Assembly (NCBI GenBank): GCA_030583725.1
Contig: CP129472.1
Span: 755,096 to 819,095, forward strand
DNA length: 64,000 nucleotides
Origin: a bacterium
Lineage (GTDB): Bacteria; Patescibacteriota; Microgenomatia; UBA8517
Direction: 5' to 3'
Shown in pieces: positions 44,610 through 54,911 of the stretch. Within the stretch, counting starts at the first letter, position 1; every line of letters begins with the position of its first letter. The translations under genes were made by a program, and so were the position numbers. Under the pieces are notes generated by a model, which was not told the origin of the DNA, did no database searches, and worked only from the letters and a program-made list of their open reading frames with translations.

Positions 44610-44822
44610 GTAAAGCGAAGTATACCAAAAAATGGTCCCATCTGAAAAGTGCCTCAGTGAATTTCCTGAATTGCTCAGGTGGGTAGACTGTCAATAATCA
44701 CAAGTGACTACCAAACGCATCCTCCCAATTCATAGATTTAGTCAGGAAAATCTGACCTCGACTCTAAACAAACAGGACCATATATAGTATAGCAGACATA
44801 TCAAACACCTGGTATGTTTAGG

Positions 44823-45437
44823 TTAGGGTATGAGAAGGGCCAAAAATAAATTAAGAACAGGGGAAATAATATTACCTATAAAAGAGGATCCTCCAAAGGT
44901 TGGAAGTATTAAAAAAAGCAAAATAATCATACCAAATCTGTGTAAAAAACTGTCTACTTCGTAGGCGTACCTGCGAGGTAGTAACCCAACTAGTATTTTT
45001 CCTCCATCTAGTGGGTGAATTGGGATTAGGTTAAAAATAGCAAGGGCTACATTTAAAATTATGAAAGGAACCGCAAATATACTAAAGGATGGGCTAAAAT
45101 AGGCGATCAAGGAAATTATTAGGGCAAGAATTAAATTTGACGCTGGTCCTGCAAAAGAAATTAGGGCAGAATCACGCCTTGGGTTTTTTAAGTTATATGG
45201 ATCAAACTCGACTGGCTTTGCCCAGCCAAAAGGAATAACAGGTAAACCCATATACCTCATTATGACTAATACCAATAACAGTGTTGTTCCAATTGGGTCG
45301 TAGTGGACTATTGGATTTAATGAAAGTCTCCCCATTAGTCTTGCTGTTGGGTCCCCAAGTCTATCTGCCATCCAGGCATGAGAAGCCTCATGAATTGTAA
45401 TAGCGACAACGAATGCAAGAATCCAAATTATAATCAT
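44823..45437 (-). CDS. Peptidase M50 (site-2 protease/SpoIVFB-like) family membrane metalloprotease
   Basis: HEASHAWMADRLGD (HExxH in first TM region), polytopic, ...NLIPIHPLDGG second metal-binding region. Confidence 0.75.
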   Translation of the reverse strand: MIIIWILAFVVAITIHEASHAWMADRLGDPTARLMGRLSLNPIVHYDPIGTTLLLVLVIMRYMGLPVIPFGWAKPVEFDPYNLKNPRRDSALISFAGPASNLILALIISLIAYFSPSFSIFAVPFIILNVALAIFNLIPIHPLDGGKILVGLLPRRYAYEVDSFLHRFGMIILLFLILPTFGGSSFIGNIISPVLNLFLALLIP

Positions 45438-45515
45438 ATGTTATCAATAATATTGTCCACCTGATGCGGTCATTGATGAATTTAACTTTTACTAGTATAA
45501 TGCATCATTAACGCT

Positions 45516-45710
45516 ATGTCATTTATTTGTGAAAGTTGTTCAAAGAAAACAGTATTTGGGTCAAGTCAAACCCATGGACGTGGTATTGCTGGAAAAAGAT
45601 GGAAGAAAAGAGCTCAAGAAACAAAAAGGACTTTTACTCCAAACATTCAAAAGTGGTATGGGATGAAACTTTGTACTTCATGTATTAAAAAACTCCGTAC
45701 AAAGGTTTGA
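45516..45710 (+). CDS. rpmB: 50S ribosomal protein L28
   Basis: CxxC...GSSQTHGRG...R.F.PNIQK pattern of L28; 64 aa. Confidence 0.65.
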   Translation: MSFICESCSKKTVFGSSQTHGRGIAGKRWKKRAQETKRTFTPNIQKWYGMKLCTSCIKKLRTKV

Positions 45711-45718
45711 AAAACTAA

Positions 45719-46522
45719 TTAGCTGAATTTGTAGGAATTTTTAAAAGTTTTCCAATCAACAGGATTTTTGCCTTCTAATTGTACAATCACTGGTTCATCT
45801 TTAAATTCTAATATCTTTAGTCTCTTTTCTACACCATTAATAGATATGGTTGTCCAAATTCCAGGCCATGGAGAGTAGGCTCTTAATTTTCTGTCAATTA
45901 ACTCTGGGCTGTCTGTTAAGTTAACAAAACCATCTGCTTTACTAACTAATTTAGTAAAAGTTGCTTTTTCATGAGCTTGTTCTTTTAGATTAACTTTGCC
46001 TTGAATATATGGCTCAATTAAGTTTAGAAGTACATCTGCAGACTTCTCGAACAACCTTTCTCTTAAACTTTGAAAAGTATCATCTAAATTTACTTCTTCT
46101 TTAAATTGAGTAACTATCTTTCCGTGATCCATCTGTTCATCCATTTTAATTATAGTGACACCTGTTATAGTGTCACCATTTGCAATAGTTGTTTGGATTG
46201 GAGATGCTCCACGATATTTAGGTAATAAGGATGGATGAATATTCAAAATTCCATACTTGAAGTTATTGATTACATTTTTTGGTATGATCATACCAAAAGA
46301 GGCACAAACACCCATATCTGCTTTTGGTAAATTATCAAAATCAAAGTGTTTTTCTATTTTTCTTTTGTGTGCCCAACCATCTACCGCTGAAAATTCAAGT
46401 TTTTTCTCCCTTCCAAAAGGTTTAGGTGGCTGGGTAACAACAGCTGTAATCTCGTAGTATTTGTGTAATTTCTCCAAAACTGGGATTACATAATCTGGGG
46501 TTCCAAAAAAAATTACTTTCAT
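45719..46522 (-). CDS. fmt: Methionyl-tRNA formyltransferase (start at MKVIFFGTPDY; ORF extends to 46561)
   Basis: FGTP N-terminus, HPSLLPKYRGASPIQ catalytic region. Confidence 0.85.
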   Translation of the reverse strand: MKVIFFGTPDYVIPVLEKLHKYYEITAVVTQPPKPFGREKKLEFSAVDGWAHKRKIEKHFDFDNLPKADMGVCASFGMIIPKNVINNFKYGILNIHPSLLPKYRGASPIQTTIANGDTITGVTIIKMDEQMDHGKIVTQFKEEVNLDDTFQSLRERLFEKSADVLLNLIEPYIQGKVNLKEQAHEKATFTKLVSKADGFVNLTDSPELIDRKLRAYSPWPGIWTTISINGVEKRLKILEFKDEPVIVQLEGKNPVDWKTFKNSYKFS

Positions 46523-46526
46523 ATAA

Positions 46527-47084
46527 TTAAATTTCCACTTCTTCCCATTCGTCACTTTCATCTAACTTGTATAGTTTTTTCTTTTGCTCTAATAACCTGT
46601 CTATAAAAAGAAATCCATTTAGGTGGTCGATTTCATGCAAAATTATTTGTGCGTTAAAATCCTTAAATTCTTCAATTATTTCTTCTCCATTCTCATCAAG
46701 ATACTTTAACTTAACATAACCATCTCTTTTTAGTGGGCCATAATAGTGGGGAAGTGACAAACAGCCTTCCAAAATTTCATTTTTCTTTTGTTTTTCTTTG
46801 ATAGGTAATTTGACTTTTTTGATTTCAAGCCCAGAGGGCCAAGCTCTGCTTATTATTTCAGGATTAATAACAATCCTTTTTAAGTTTTTAAAACTAACAG
46901 CAAAAACTCTTAAGTTTACGCCAATCTGAGGGGCAGCCAACCCAACACCCTCTGGGTCTTTTTGAACAGAAAGTGTATCTTTTAAATCTTGAATTAATTT
47001 TTGCACCTTTTTGTCAATTTTTTCAACAGGTTTACTCAACCTTCTTAAAGTTGGGTTACCCGACTGGACTATCTTTTGAACCAT
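46527..47084 (-). CDS. def: Peptide deformylase
   Basis: GVGLAAPQIG, EGCLSLP, HEIDHLNG motifs. Confidence 0.9.
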   Translation of the reverse strand: MVQKIVQSGNPTLRRLSKPVEKIDKKVQKLIQDLKDTLSVQKDPEGVGLAAPQIGVNLRVFAVSFKNLKRIVINPEIISRAWPSGLEIKKVKLPIKEKQKKNEILEGCLSLPHYYGPLKRDGYVKLKYLDENGEEIIEEFKDFNAQIILHEIDHLNGFLFIDRLLEQKKKLYKLDESDEWEEVEI

Positions 47085-47124
47085 AATATCTATGATTATA
47101 ACATCTTAATGTTATAATCTCATA

Positions 47125-49029
47125 TCATTTTGAGGCTGATATAGATTGGTCTAAATATTTTTTGATCAATTCGTCATTTGGATCAATATTATTAAGTATG
47201 TATTCCAAGTGTTCTTTTGCATTTTCATAATCTTGAATATCAATGTATGTAAGTCCTAATGCAAACCTACCTTCTTTGTAGTTAGGTTTTAATATAACTG
47301 CTCTTTCTAAATTTTCTAACCCCTCATCCAATTTGCCATTCTTAAGATTCAAAATACCAAGTTGGTAGAAAGACTTTGGATTTGTTGGAGCTATTTGGCT
47401 ACCTGTTAGAGCTATTTCTTCTGCTACTAGTAAATACTCTTTATTCTGGCTTGCGAGCAAGTTTAAGTTGCTTATCAAAATATTTCTGACATTCTGGTTG
47501 TATGGATTTGCATCAAGGGCAACCACTGCATCGTTAATACTTAAGTTTGCTAGAGCTTTTTCAGCCATATAAAGTGGCTCGTTGGGTGTGTATTTTAAGG
47601 CCTTTGTGATTTCTACTAATGCAAGCTCTCTATTTTTTTCGCGATTATAGTTTCTTGCACTATTATAGTGAACGTCTGATCGCCAATAACCTAAGATAAA
47701 ATATAAAGAGAAAGTTATAGCAATAACTACAAAAGCTGTTAATATCATTTGGCTTGTATTTAGTTTTTGTTTTTTTCTTTGTACCGCTTCAGGCGAGGAA
47801 GTTACAATTGCCATTGCAGGAAAAATAAAGAAGAGGAGTGAAACTGCAACAACTGAAAAACCAAAAAAGTTAGTAACTAGAATTGAAAAGTATCCAGCCA
47901 AAAGCGCAATATTTTTTGACTTATAAATAACAACAGTTGAAACAATAATTAAGACAAGGTATGAAATTAAACCTAAAATACCAGTATTTGCCAAGTAATT
48001 TAAGTATTCATTATGTGCTTTGTTGTAAATAAAGTCCCACTCAGACGTCAAGTTGTGTTCGATTGGTTTATGTTTTGGAAACGTATAAGCAAAGGTCTCT
48101 GGGCCGGATCCAAGTAAGGGATAGTTTTTAAATATATTAATTGCTCCAGTCCAAACATATTTACGTATTGTTCCAGATTCTGTCCCTCCCACTTCAAGAG
48201 CGGGACCAACTGAGGTGGTTTCAAGTGGGTTATTTGTGATGTGTGGTGGGTTAATAGCAAAATAAATAACAATAAAAGTAAATAGTAAAATTAAAAACTC
48301 CTTTACAATTTTTGATTTTTCTTTCCAAAACATAAGAGTAAAGAAAATTACAAATTCAATTCCAAAAGCAAGTAATCCTGAACGAGATTTAGTAAACAGA
48401 AGGGTAACAAAAAATAATACTGAAAGTAGGATGTACCACTTGTTTTTAAAACTATAAAGCCAAGAAATGGGTAGTAGTATTACCACTAATGCTGCAAGCC
48501 AATTTGGTTGACCAAGTGTTGAAAAAACCCTAGATTGAACATCCTGGACCCAGCAAGATTCAAAGTATCCCAAACCCATTAGTCCGCACGTTGCAAATAT
48601 TTTGAAATGTTCTAACACGGCTAAGGTAGAAGTGATAGCCGTTGAAATTAGTAGATAGTATAAAGCACTAAGTGATTGTTTTACTGTCATATTTGAGACA
48701 AACGCCCAATAGAGAAGACTAAGGCAGATTTGGGTCAGAAGACCGCCATTAAACCTGGAATAATATCCTAACCACGAAGTTCTTGGGTCAATAGATAGTA
48801 GTGTGCTGGCCAATTGAATGAACAGATAAATAACAATTGGCCAATCCAGTATTGTGCGACGGAAAGTGATACTTTTTTGTGATATGCTGTTTATTGCCCA
48901 AACGGATATTGTTAAAATAGTAAAGACATATAAAACTATGACTTTATTAAACTCAAAAAGCTCAGACGTGTTTTTGAAAAAAATAAGTGGAATTAAAAAA
49001 AATAATGTGTTAAAAAGTAAGGCAATCAT
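47125..49029 (-). CDS. Polytopic membrane protein of the O-antigen-ligase/Wzy_C (PglL-like) family with C-terminal TPR repeats (ORF extends to 49119, overlapping mreB start)
   Basis: >=10 TM helices then ~250-aa TPR-like C-terminus (YNQNVRNILISNLNLLASQNKEYLL..., LGILNLKNGKLDEGLENLERAVILKPNYKEGRFALGLTYIDIQDYENA). Confidence 0.55.
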   Translation of the reverse strand: MIALLFNTLFFLIPLIFFKNTSELFEFNKVIVLYVFTILTISVWAINSISQKSITFRRTILDWPIVIYLFIQLASTLLSIDPRTSWLGYYSRFNGGLLTQICLSLLYWAFVSNMTVKQSLSALYYLLISTAITSTLAVLEHFKIFATCGLMGLGYFESCWVQDVQSRVFSTLGQPNWLAALVVILLPISWLYSFKNKWYILLSVLFFVTLLFTKSRSGLLAFGIEFVIFFTLMFWKEKSKIVKEFLILLFTFIVIYFAINPPHITNNPLETTSVGPALEVGGTESGTIRKYVWTGAINIFKNYPLLGSGPETFAYTFPKHKPIEHNLTSEWDFIYNKAHNEYLNYLANTGILGLISYLVLIIVSTVVIYKSKNIALLAGYFSILVTNFFGFSVVAVSLLFFIFPAMAIVTSSPEAVQRKKQKLNTSQMILTAFVVIAITFSLYFILGYWRSDVHYNSARNYNREKNRELALVEITKALKYTPNEPLYMAEKALANLSINDAVVALDANPYNQNVRNILISNLNLLASQNKEYLLVAEEIALTGSQIAPTNPKSFYQLGILNLKNGKLDEGLENLERAVILKPNYKEGRFALGLTYIDIQDYENAKEHLEYILNNIDPNDELIKKYLDQSISASK

Positions 49030-49063
49030 GTTTTCATTAAAAAGTATACCAAATCCTATTAAT

Positions 49064-50101
49064 ATGATCTTAGGTTTTTTTTCAAATGACCTAGGTATTG
49101 ATCTAGGTACTGCTAACACCTTAGTCTATATTAAAGGTAAGGGGGTTGCTACTCGTGAGCCCTCAGCTGTTGCGAGGCACAAAAAGACCAAAGAGGTTAT
49201 AGCTATCGGTTCACCTGCAAAGAAGATGATGGGTCGTGCCCCATCAACAATCGAAGTAATTAGACCTTTAAGGGATGGTGTGATTGCTGACTTTGATGCA
49301 GCGTCTTCTATCCTCACATATTATATAAAAAAAGTTCATGAAACAGGTGGAAATATGCCAAAAATTCCAAGACCCCATGTAGTTATTGGCATACCTTCTG
49401 GAGTAACTGAAGTAGAACGTAGGGCTGTTGCTGATGCTGCAATAGACGCAGGTGCCAGAAGGGCGGATTTGATTGAAGAGCCAATGGCTGCAGCGATTGG
49501 AGCAGGTCTTGATGTTGAGTCGCCTGAGGGAACATTCATTGTTGATATTGGCGGTGGAACTTCTGAAATTGCAATTATTTCCATGGGTGGAATAGTAATT
49601 GGAAGGTCATTAAGGGTTGCTGGAGATGAAATGGATGAAGCAATTATTAATTACGTTAAACTAAAGTATTCAGTACTTTTGGGTCAACCATCAGCTGAAA
49701 CAGTTAAAATATCTATTGGTTCTGCAGTAAATTTTGACAAACCTAGATCTCAAATAGTTAGAGGAAGAGATTTAGAAACTGGTTTACCTAGGTCAGTTAA
49801 ATTAACAGATGGAGAAATTAGAGAAGCCTTGGGACCAATAATCCACGTGATAATTACTGGAATATCTGACACACTGGAAGAAACTCCACCAGAATTAGTA
49901 TCTGACATTATGGAAAAAGGAATATATTTAGCAGGGGGAGGTTCACTAATTCATGGGATGGATAAAGCAATTGCAGATGCAACTAAAATGCCAGTTTTTA
50001 TAGCTGATGATCCATTAACTTGTGTTGTAAGGGGTTGTGGAAAACTATTAGAAAACCCTCTAATGTTAAGTAGAATCAGAGTTACAAAAGGTATGAAGTA
50101 A
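49064..50101 (+). CDS. mreB: Rod shape-determining protein MreB (start at MILGFFSNDLGIDLGTANT)
   Basis: DLGIDLGTANTLVY phosphate-1 motif, actin-fold motifs throughout. Confidence 0.9.
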   Translation: MILGFFSNDLGIDLGTANTLVYIKGKGVATREPSAVARHKKTKEVIAIGSPAKKMMGRAPSTIEVIRPLRDGVIADFDAASSILTYYIKKVHETGGNMPKIPRPHVVIGIPSGVTEVERRAVADAAIDAGARRADLIEEPMAAAIGAGLDVESPEGTFIVDIGGGTSEIAIISMGGIVIGRSLRVAGDEMDEAIINYVKLKYSVLLGQPSAETVKISIGSAVNFDKPRSQIVRGRDLETGLPRSVKLTDGEIREALGPIIHVIITGISDTLEETPPELVSDIMEKGIYLAGGGSLIHGMDKAIADATKMPVFIADDPLTCVVRGCGKLLENPLMLSRIRVTKGMK

Positions 50102-50143
50102 TAACTCGTTAACCTTCAATATTTGTGATAATCTACTTTATAT

Positions 50144-51643
50144 ATGCAGACTTTGGCTTCATCAAAACAACAACAATCTTGGCTCTCTTGGTTTTTGAGA
50201 GGCGTTTTAATTTTGGGGTTGTTTATTCTAATTGCAAGGTTGGTAGACTTACAGTTGATAAAGGGGGGTTATTATAGAAAACTTGCAGAAGGAAATAGGA
50301 TTGAAAGGGTTAGAATCGTCGCTTCGAGGGGTAGAATTTTGGCACGTGGTGGAGAAGTATTAAGTGGACCCAATTTTGCCCACATTACAGGCTATACTGC
50401 AGAGACCAATGAACAAGAGGTTGGAATAGTTGACCCCAGGTGTATTGAAAAAGGTCCAATGAAGTTAGGCCAAATTATAGGTAGAAGTGGTTTACAAGAA
50501 TATTATAACTGTCATTTATCTGGTGTGGATGGTGAAGAACTTATAGAAGTTGATAGTCTTGGTAATAAACTACGAACGATAGGTACAAAATATCCAATCA
50601 CTGGGCAAGATTTAAAGACTAACATTAACTATGATTTGCAGGTTGAGCTAGCAAATAATTTTGAGGGTCTTACTGGTTCTGCTGTTGCAACAGACAAAAA
50701 CGGTGAAGTGTTGGCTCTTTTTTCATCTCCCACATTTGATCCTAGTGATATTGTAAAAAGTTTAGATGATCCCGAGCTGCCTTTGTTTAATAGGGCAATT
50801 GGTGGTATATATCATCCCGGATCAATTTTTAAACCCCTTGTATCAATTGCAGCTTTGGAAGAGGGAAAAATTGACAGAAACTTTAGATATATTGATACAG
50901 GTGTGGTGACAGTTGAAAGCCCGTATGGCAACTATTCATACACCAATTGGTATTTGACTCAGTACGGTGGCCAAGAGGGTGAGATTGACTTAACAAGGGC
51001 AATGGCCAGATCAACTGATACTTTTTTTTACAAAATTGGTGAATATGTGGGAATTGATAGCCTTGTTGAATGGATGAAAAGATTTGGATTATCTAAACTT
51101 ACGGATATTGACCTTAGAGGTGAAGTCTATTCTTTAGTTCCTTATCCTGAGTGGAAACAAAGAATTAAAGGGGAGAGATGGTTTCTGGGTAACACCTACC
51201 ACTTTTCAATTGGTCAAGGAGATTTGGCACTAACTACTGTGGGTATACATAGAGCTAATTTGGTAGTTTCAAATATGGGTAAACTATGTGATTTAAAAAT
51301 TGTAGGTGACACAAACTGCACTGTTTTAAAAATTAAACCTGATAATTTAAGCTATGTTCAGGAGGGTATGGAAATGACCTGTCAAACTGGCGGAACGGCC
51401 TTTACTTTTTTTGACTTTAGTGAAAAGCATTATGGTTTAGATGTTGCTTGTAAAACAGGTACTGCTGAAACAAATGAGGATGGGAAAAATCACGCTTGGT
51501 TTACTGTTTTTGCACCAGTTGAAAATCCTGAAATACAGTTAACAGTTATGGTTGAAAAGTCTGGTGAAGGAAGTAAAGTTGCGGGACCGATTGCACGAAA
51601 AGTGATGGATAAGTATTTTGAAGGTTATATCAAATATGAATAA
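50144..51643 (+). CDS. mrdA: Penicillin-binding protein 2 (class B transpeptidase)
   Basis: N-terminal TM anchor, SIFKP (SxxK), SxN, KTGT motifs. Confidence 0.85.
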   Translation: MQTLASSKQQQSWLSWFLRGVLILGLFILIARLVDLQLIKGGYYRKLAEGNRIERVRIVASRGRILARGGEVLSGPNFAHITGYTAETNEQEVGIVDPRCIEKGPMKLGQIIGRSGLQEYYNCHLSGVDGEELIEVDSLGNKLRTIGTKYPITGQDLKTNINYDLQVELANNFEGLTGSAVATDKNGEVLALFSSPTFDPSDIVKSLDDPELPLFNRAIGGIYHPGSIFKPLVSIAALEEGKIDRNFRYIDTGVVTVESPYGNYSYTNWYLTQYGGQEGEIDLTRAMARSTDTFFYKIGEYVGIDSLVEWMKRFGLSKLTDIDLRGEVYSLVPYPEWKQRIKGERWFLGNTYHFSIGQGDLALTTVGIHRANLVVSNMGKLCDLKIVGDTNCTVLKIKPDNLSYVQEGMEMTCQTGGTAFTFFDFSEKHYGLDVACKTGTAETNEDGKNHAWFTVFAPVENPEIQLTVMVEKSGEGSKVAGPIARKVMDKYFEGYIKYE

Positions 51644-52220
51644 ACAATTACATTTTGGTCAAGAGTTATACGTTTTAGGAAAGTTGTTAAGAAAAGATAC
51701 AAGGGCGGTTGCCGTTGTGGGGTCCAGAGATATAACTGAAAGGGGAAGGAAGTTAACAGAGCAATTTGTAAAAGAATTAGTTAAAGAGAAAATCACAATT
51801 GTTTCAGGACTTGCAAGAGGTATTGATACAGTAGCTCACGAAACGGCTTTAAATAACGGAGGAAGGACAATTGCAGTAATAGGTTCAGGGCTTGATATTA
51901 TTTATCCAACTGAAAATAAAAAGTTAGCAACACAGGTGTCAAAAAGTGGCGCAATTGTTTCTGGTTTTGATTATGGTACAAAACCATTACCCCAAAATTT
52001 TTTAGCAAGAAATCAACTAATTGTTAAATTGTCCCAGGCAGTTTTGGTTATTGAAGGAAAAAGAAGGTCTGGTACAATCTCCACCGCCAACCATGCAGCA
52101 AATGATGGAGTAGAGGTGTTTGCAATTAAAGGTAGTGAAGCAACTGACTATTTGATTGAAAATGGAGCTACCAGTGTACAAAGTCCTAAAGAGATAGTAG
52201 ATTATTTAAATAACCAATGA
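51618..52220 (+). CDS. dprA: DNA-processing protein DprA/Smf (Rossmann-fold core only)
   Basis: AVVGSRDITERG...VSGLARGIDTVAHETAL...TIAVIGSGLDIIYP motifs. Confidence 0.7.
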   Translation: MKVISNMNKQLHFGQELYVLGKLLRKDTRAVAVVGSRDITERGRKLTEQFVKELVKEKITIVSGLARGIDTVAHETALNNGGRTIAVIGSGLDIIYPTENKKLATQVSKSGAIVSGFDYGTKPLPQNFLARNQLIVKLSQAVLVIEGKRRSGTISTANHAANDGVEVFAIKGSEATDYLIENGATSVQSPKEIVDYLNNQ

Positions 52221-52263
52221 ACAAATTCACATCGAAGATGGAATAATAATATATAAAATACCT

Positions 52264-54225
52264 ATGAAATTCATTATAGTAGAGTCACCAACAAAAGCTA
52301 AAACTTTAACTAAATTTTTAGGAAGTGATTATACAGTTGATTCAACAAAGGGTCATATTTTTGATTTACCAAAAAGTAAGTTATCGATTGACCTTGAAAA
52401 TGACTTTAAGCCAGATTACCAACCAATAGACAAAAAGAAATTAACGATTTCAGACTTAAAGAAAAAGGCAAAATTAGCAACCGCAATATATATAGCAACT
52501 GATCCAGATCGTGAGGGGGAGGCAATTGCAGGTCATGTTCAAGAGGTTGTTGAAAAGGCAAAGAAGAAAACTACAAAGTTAAGTAGAATTTCCTTCCACG
52601 AAATTACACAAAAAGCAGTAGAAGAAGCAATTAGTCATCCAACAGTAGTTAATCAAAATCTTGTGGATGCCCAGATTGCCAGAAGAGTTTTGGATAGGCT
52701 TGTGGGTTATAAACTTTCCCCACTTCTTTGGAAGAAGGTTAGAAGAGGGTTATCTGCTGGTCGTGTTCAGTCTGTTGCTGTTCGCCTAATAGTAGAGAGA
52801 GAAAATGAAATAAAGGCATTTAAACCAGAAGAATATTGGGAAATATACGCAGACTTAAAATGCAAAAATCATAATGCAAAATTCACAGCACAGCTCATCA
52901 AACAGCAAATCACAAACAAGGAACAGGCAGATAAAATTTTAAAAGATTTAGAAAAAGCAGATTATAAAGTTTTAGATATCAAGAAAAGGGAAGTCAAAAA
53001 AAATGCTTACCCTCCGTTTACAACTTCTACTATGACTCAAACTGCAGCTAGAATGTTTGGGTGGACAGCAAAAAAAACGATGTCTGCAGCTCAGAAGTTA
53101 TATGAGGAAGGTCTAATTACTTATCACCGTACTGATTCCTTGAATTTATCAGTTGATGCAGTTAATAATGCACGTAAATTTATTGAAAAAGAATATGGAA
53201 AAGACTACTTGCCCAATACACCCTTGGTGTACAAGACAAATAGTAAATCTGCACAGGAAGCTCACGAAGCAATCAGGCCGACTGATATAAATTCTCAAAC
53301 CGTGACGGGTAGTCAATATGGCGAGGATAAACTATATGATTTAATTAGAAGAAGGTTCATCGCTTGTCAAATGAGCCAAGCCGTTTACAACGAGACTACG
53401 ATCGACGTTGCAGCACAAAGAGCTGATGAAGAAACTGCTTATCTACTTCGTGCAAGTGGTCAGATTATGAAGTTTGACGGTTGGAGAAAGTTGTTTGTGA
53501 TCGGAGGTCATTCATACATAGACCGAGAAGTAATAATTTTGCCAGAAGTTAAAAAGGACGAAGAGTTGATGAAAGAAAAAGTTTGGGGTGACCAAAAGTT
53601 TACACTTCCACCTGCAAGGTATAACGAGGCGTCCTTAATTAAGACTTTGGAAAAATTAGGTATTGGTAGACCTTCAACATATGCTCCAATTATTTCTACA
53701 ATTCAAATTAGAAGTTATGTAGAGAAGACAGAGGGTAAGTTCATACCCACATCAATCGGCTTTGCTGTAACTGAGTTTTTAGTTAAAAATTTTCCTGACG
53801 AGCTTGAATATAGTTTTACTGCAGAGATGGAAGAAGACTTGGATAGAATTGCAGAGGGGAAGATTAAGTGGGAGGTTGAGATGGCAAAATTTTGGAAACC
53901 CTTTTCAAAAAAGTTAGAAAGTGTAGAAAAACTTGCAGAAAGAGTAAAAATAGAAACTGAAAAAATTGGTAGGAAGTGTCCGGATTGTAAAGAAGGGGAA
54001 TTGGTCATTAGAGTTGGAAGATTTGGTAAGTTTATAAGTTGTGATAAATTTCCAGATTGTAAACATATAGAAAAGTATGTTGAAAAAACTGGTTTTAAAT
54101 GTGAAGAATGCAAAGATGGTGAATTAATTGTTAAAAGATCAAAAAGAGGGAAGTTCTTTGGTTGTAGTAACTACCCAAATTGTAAATACGCCACTTGGAA
54201 ACTTCCAAAGAAGGAAGAAGAGTAA
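52264..54225 (+). CDS. topA: DNA topoisomerase I with C-terminal zinc ribbons
   Basis: TOPRIM start MKFIIVESPTKAKTL, catalytic region with active-site Tyr context, three C4 zinc ribbons at C-terminus. Confidence 0.9.
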   Translation: MKFIIVESPTKAKTLTKFLGSDYTVDSTKGHIFDLPKSKLSIDLENDFKPDYQPIDKKKLTISDLKKKAKLATAIYIATDPDREGEAIAGHVQEVVEKAKKKTTKLSRISFHEITQKAVEEAISHPTVVNQNLVDAQIARRVLDRLVGYKLSPLLWKKVRRGLSAGRVQSVAVRLIVERENEIKAFKPEEYWEIYADLKCKNHNAKFTAQLIKQQITNKEQADKILKDLEKADYKVLDIKKREVKKNAYPPFTTSTMTQTAARMFGWTAKKTMSAAQKLYEEGLITYHRTDSLNLSVDAVNNARKFIEKEYGKDYLPNTPLVYKTNSKSAQEAHEAIRPTDINSQTVTGSQYGEDKLYDLIRRRFIACQMSQAVYNETTIDVAAQRADEETAYLLRASGQIMKFDGWRKLFVIGGHSYIDREVIILPEVKKDEELMKEKVWGDQKFTLPPARYNEASLIKTLEKLGIGRPSTYAPIISTIQIRSYVEKTEGKFIPTSIGFAVTEFLVKNFPDELEYSFTAEMEEDLDRIAEGKIKWEVEMAKFWKPFSKKLESVEKLAERVKIETEKIGRKCPDCKEGELVIRVGRFGKFISCDKFPDCKHIEKYVEKTGFKCEECKDGELIVKRSKRGKFFGCSNYPNCKYATWKLPKKEEE

Positions 54226-54266
54226 TGTAACTTGACAAAAGTAATGTAGACTGCTATTATTAATGT

Positions 54267-54512
54267 ATGTACACAGTTTCCATTACATCTCAAGGTCAGA
54301 TAAGTATTCCAACCTCACTTCGTAGGTTGTTTAATCTAAAAACTACGAATAAAGCTAATATCATACCCACTGAAGGGGGACTTTTAATAAAGCCCGTTGT
54401 AGACTTCTTGGAATTGTATGGAAGTTTATCTACAAAGAAGAAACCTCTGTCTAATTCTGCAATCCACAAACTCTTTTCAAAGAGTGTAGCAAATCGTAAG
54501 AATAGAAATTAA
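54267..54512 (+). CDS. AbrB/MazE/SpoVT-fold antitoxin (VapB-like)
   Basis: N-terminal swapped-hairpin motif VSITSQGQISIPTSLRR; immediately upstream of a PIN gene. Confidence 0.45.
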   Translation: MYTVSITSQGQISIPTSLRRLFNLKTTNKANIIPTEGGLLIKPVVDFLELYGSLSTKKKPLSNSAIHKLFSKSVANRKNRN

Positions 54513-54518
54513 CTAAAA

Positions 54519-54911
54519 ATGGTTGAGATGATAATTGACACAAATACAATTTTGAGGTTTGTGCTTAAAGATGTTAGTTCTCAAAATGTTGAGGTTTATG
54601 AATTAATCAAAAAAGCTAAAGACAAAAAAATAAAGTTAATTATTCCTGAAATCGTAGTCTTTGAAACTTACTTCACACTTAAAAGTTACTATGAGTATAA
54701 AAAAGAAACTTTATTAATAGTTTTAGAATCATTATTAAGTGCGGATTACTTCAAAGTAGAAAATAGCCATCTTTTTATGGAGGCTGTTAAGATACTTGGA
54801 AACAGCAATCTTGAATTTGTTGACTGTTTTTTGGCCGCGAAATCAAAATTTTTAGAAACCAAATTGTTTACCTTTGACAATAATCTCAATAAATATTTAT
54901 ATAAAAAATAA
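54519..54911 (+). CDS. PIN-domain ribonuclease toxin (VapC-like)
   Basis: MIIDTNTIL N-terminal acidic Asp, further conserved acidic positions, 130 aa. Confidence 0.55.
   Translation: MVEMIIDTNTILRFVLKDVSSQNVEVYELIKKAKDKKIKLIIPEIVVFETYFTLKSYYEYKKETLLIVLESLLSADYFKVENSHLFMEAVKILGNSNLEFVDCFLAAKSKFLETKLFTFDNNLNKYLYKK

Noticed and set aside
44500-44694. 64-aa minus-strand ORF
   Set aside because: It overlaps the hand-folded tRNA-Thr(UGU) (44538-44609), so it is a spurious read-through of a tRNA gene.
48854-49063. Upstream extension of the mreB ORF
   Set aside because: It has no similarity to MreB and overlaps the convergent membrane-protein gene. The canonical MreB N-terminus starts at 49064.
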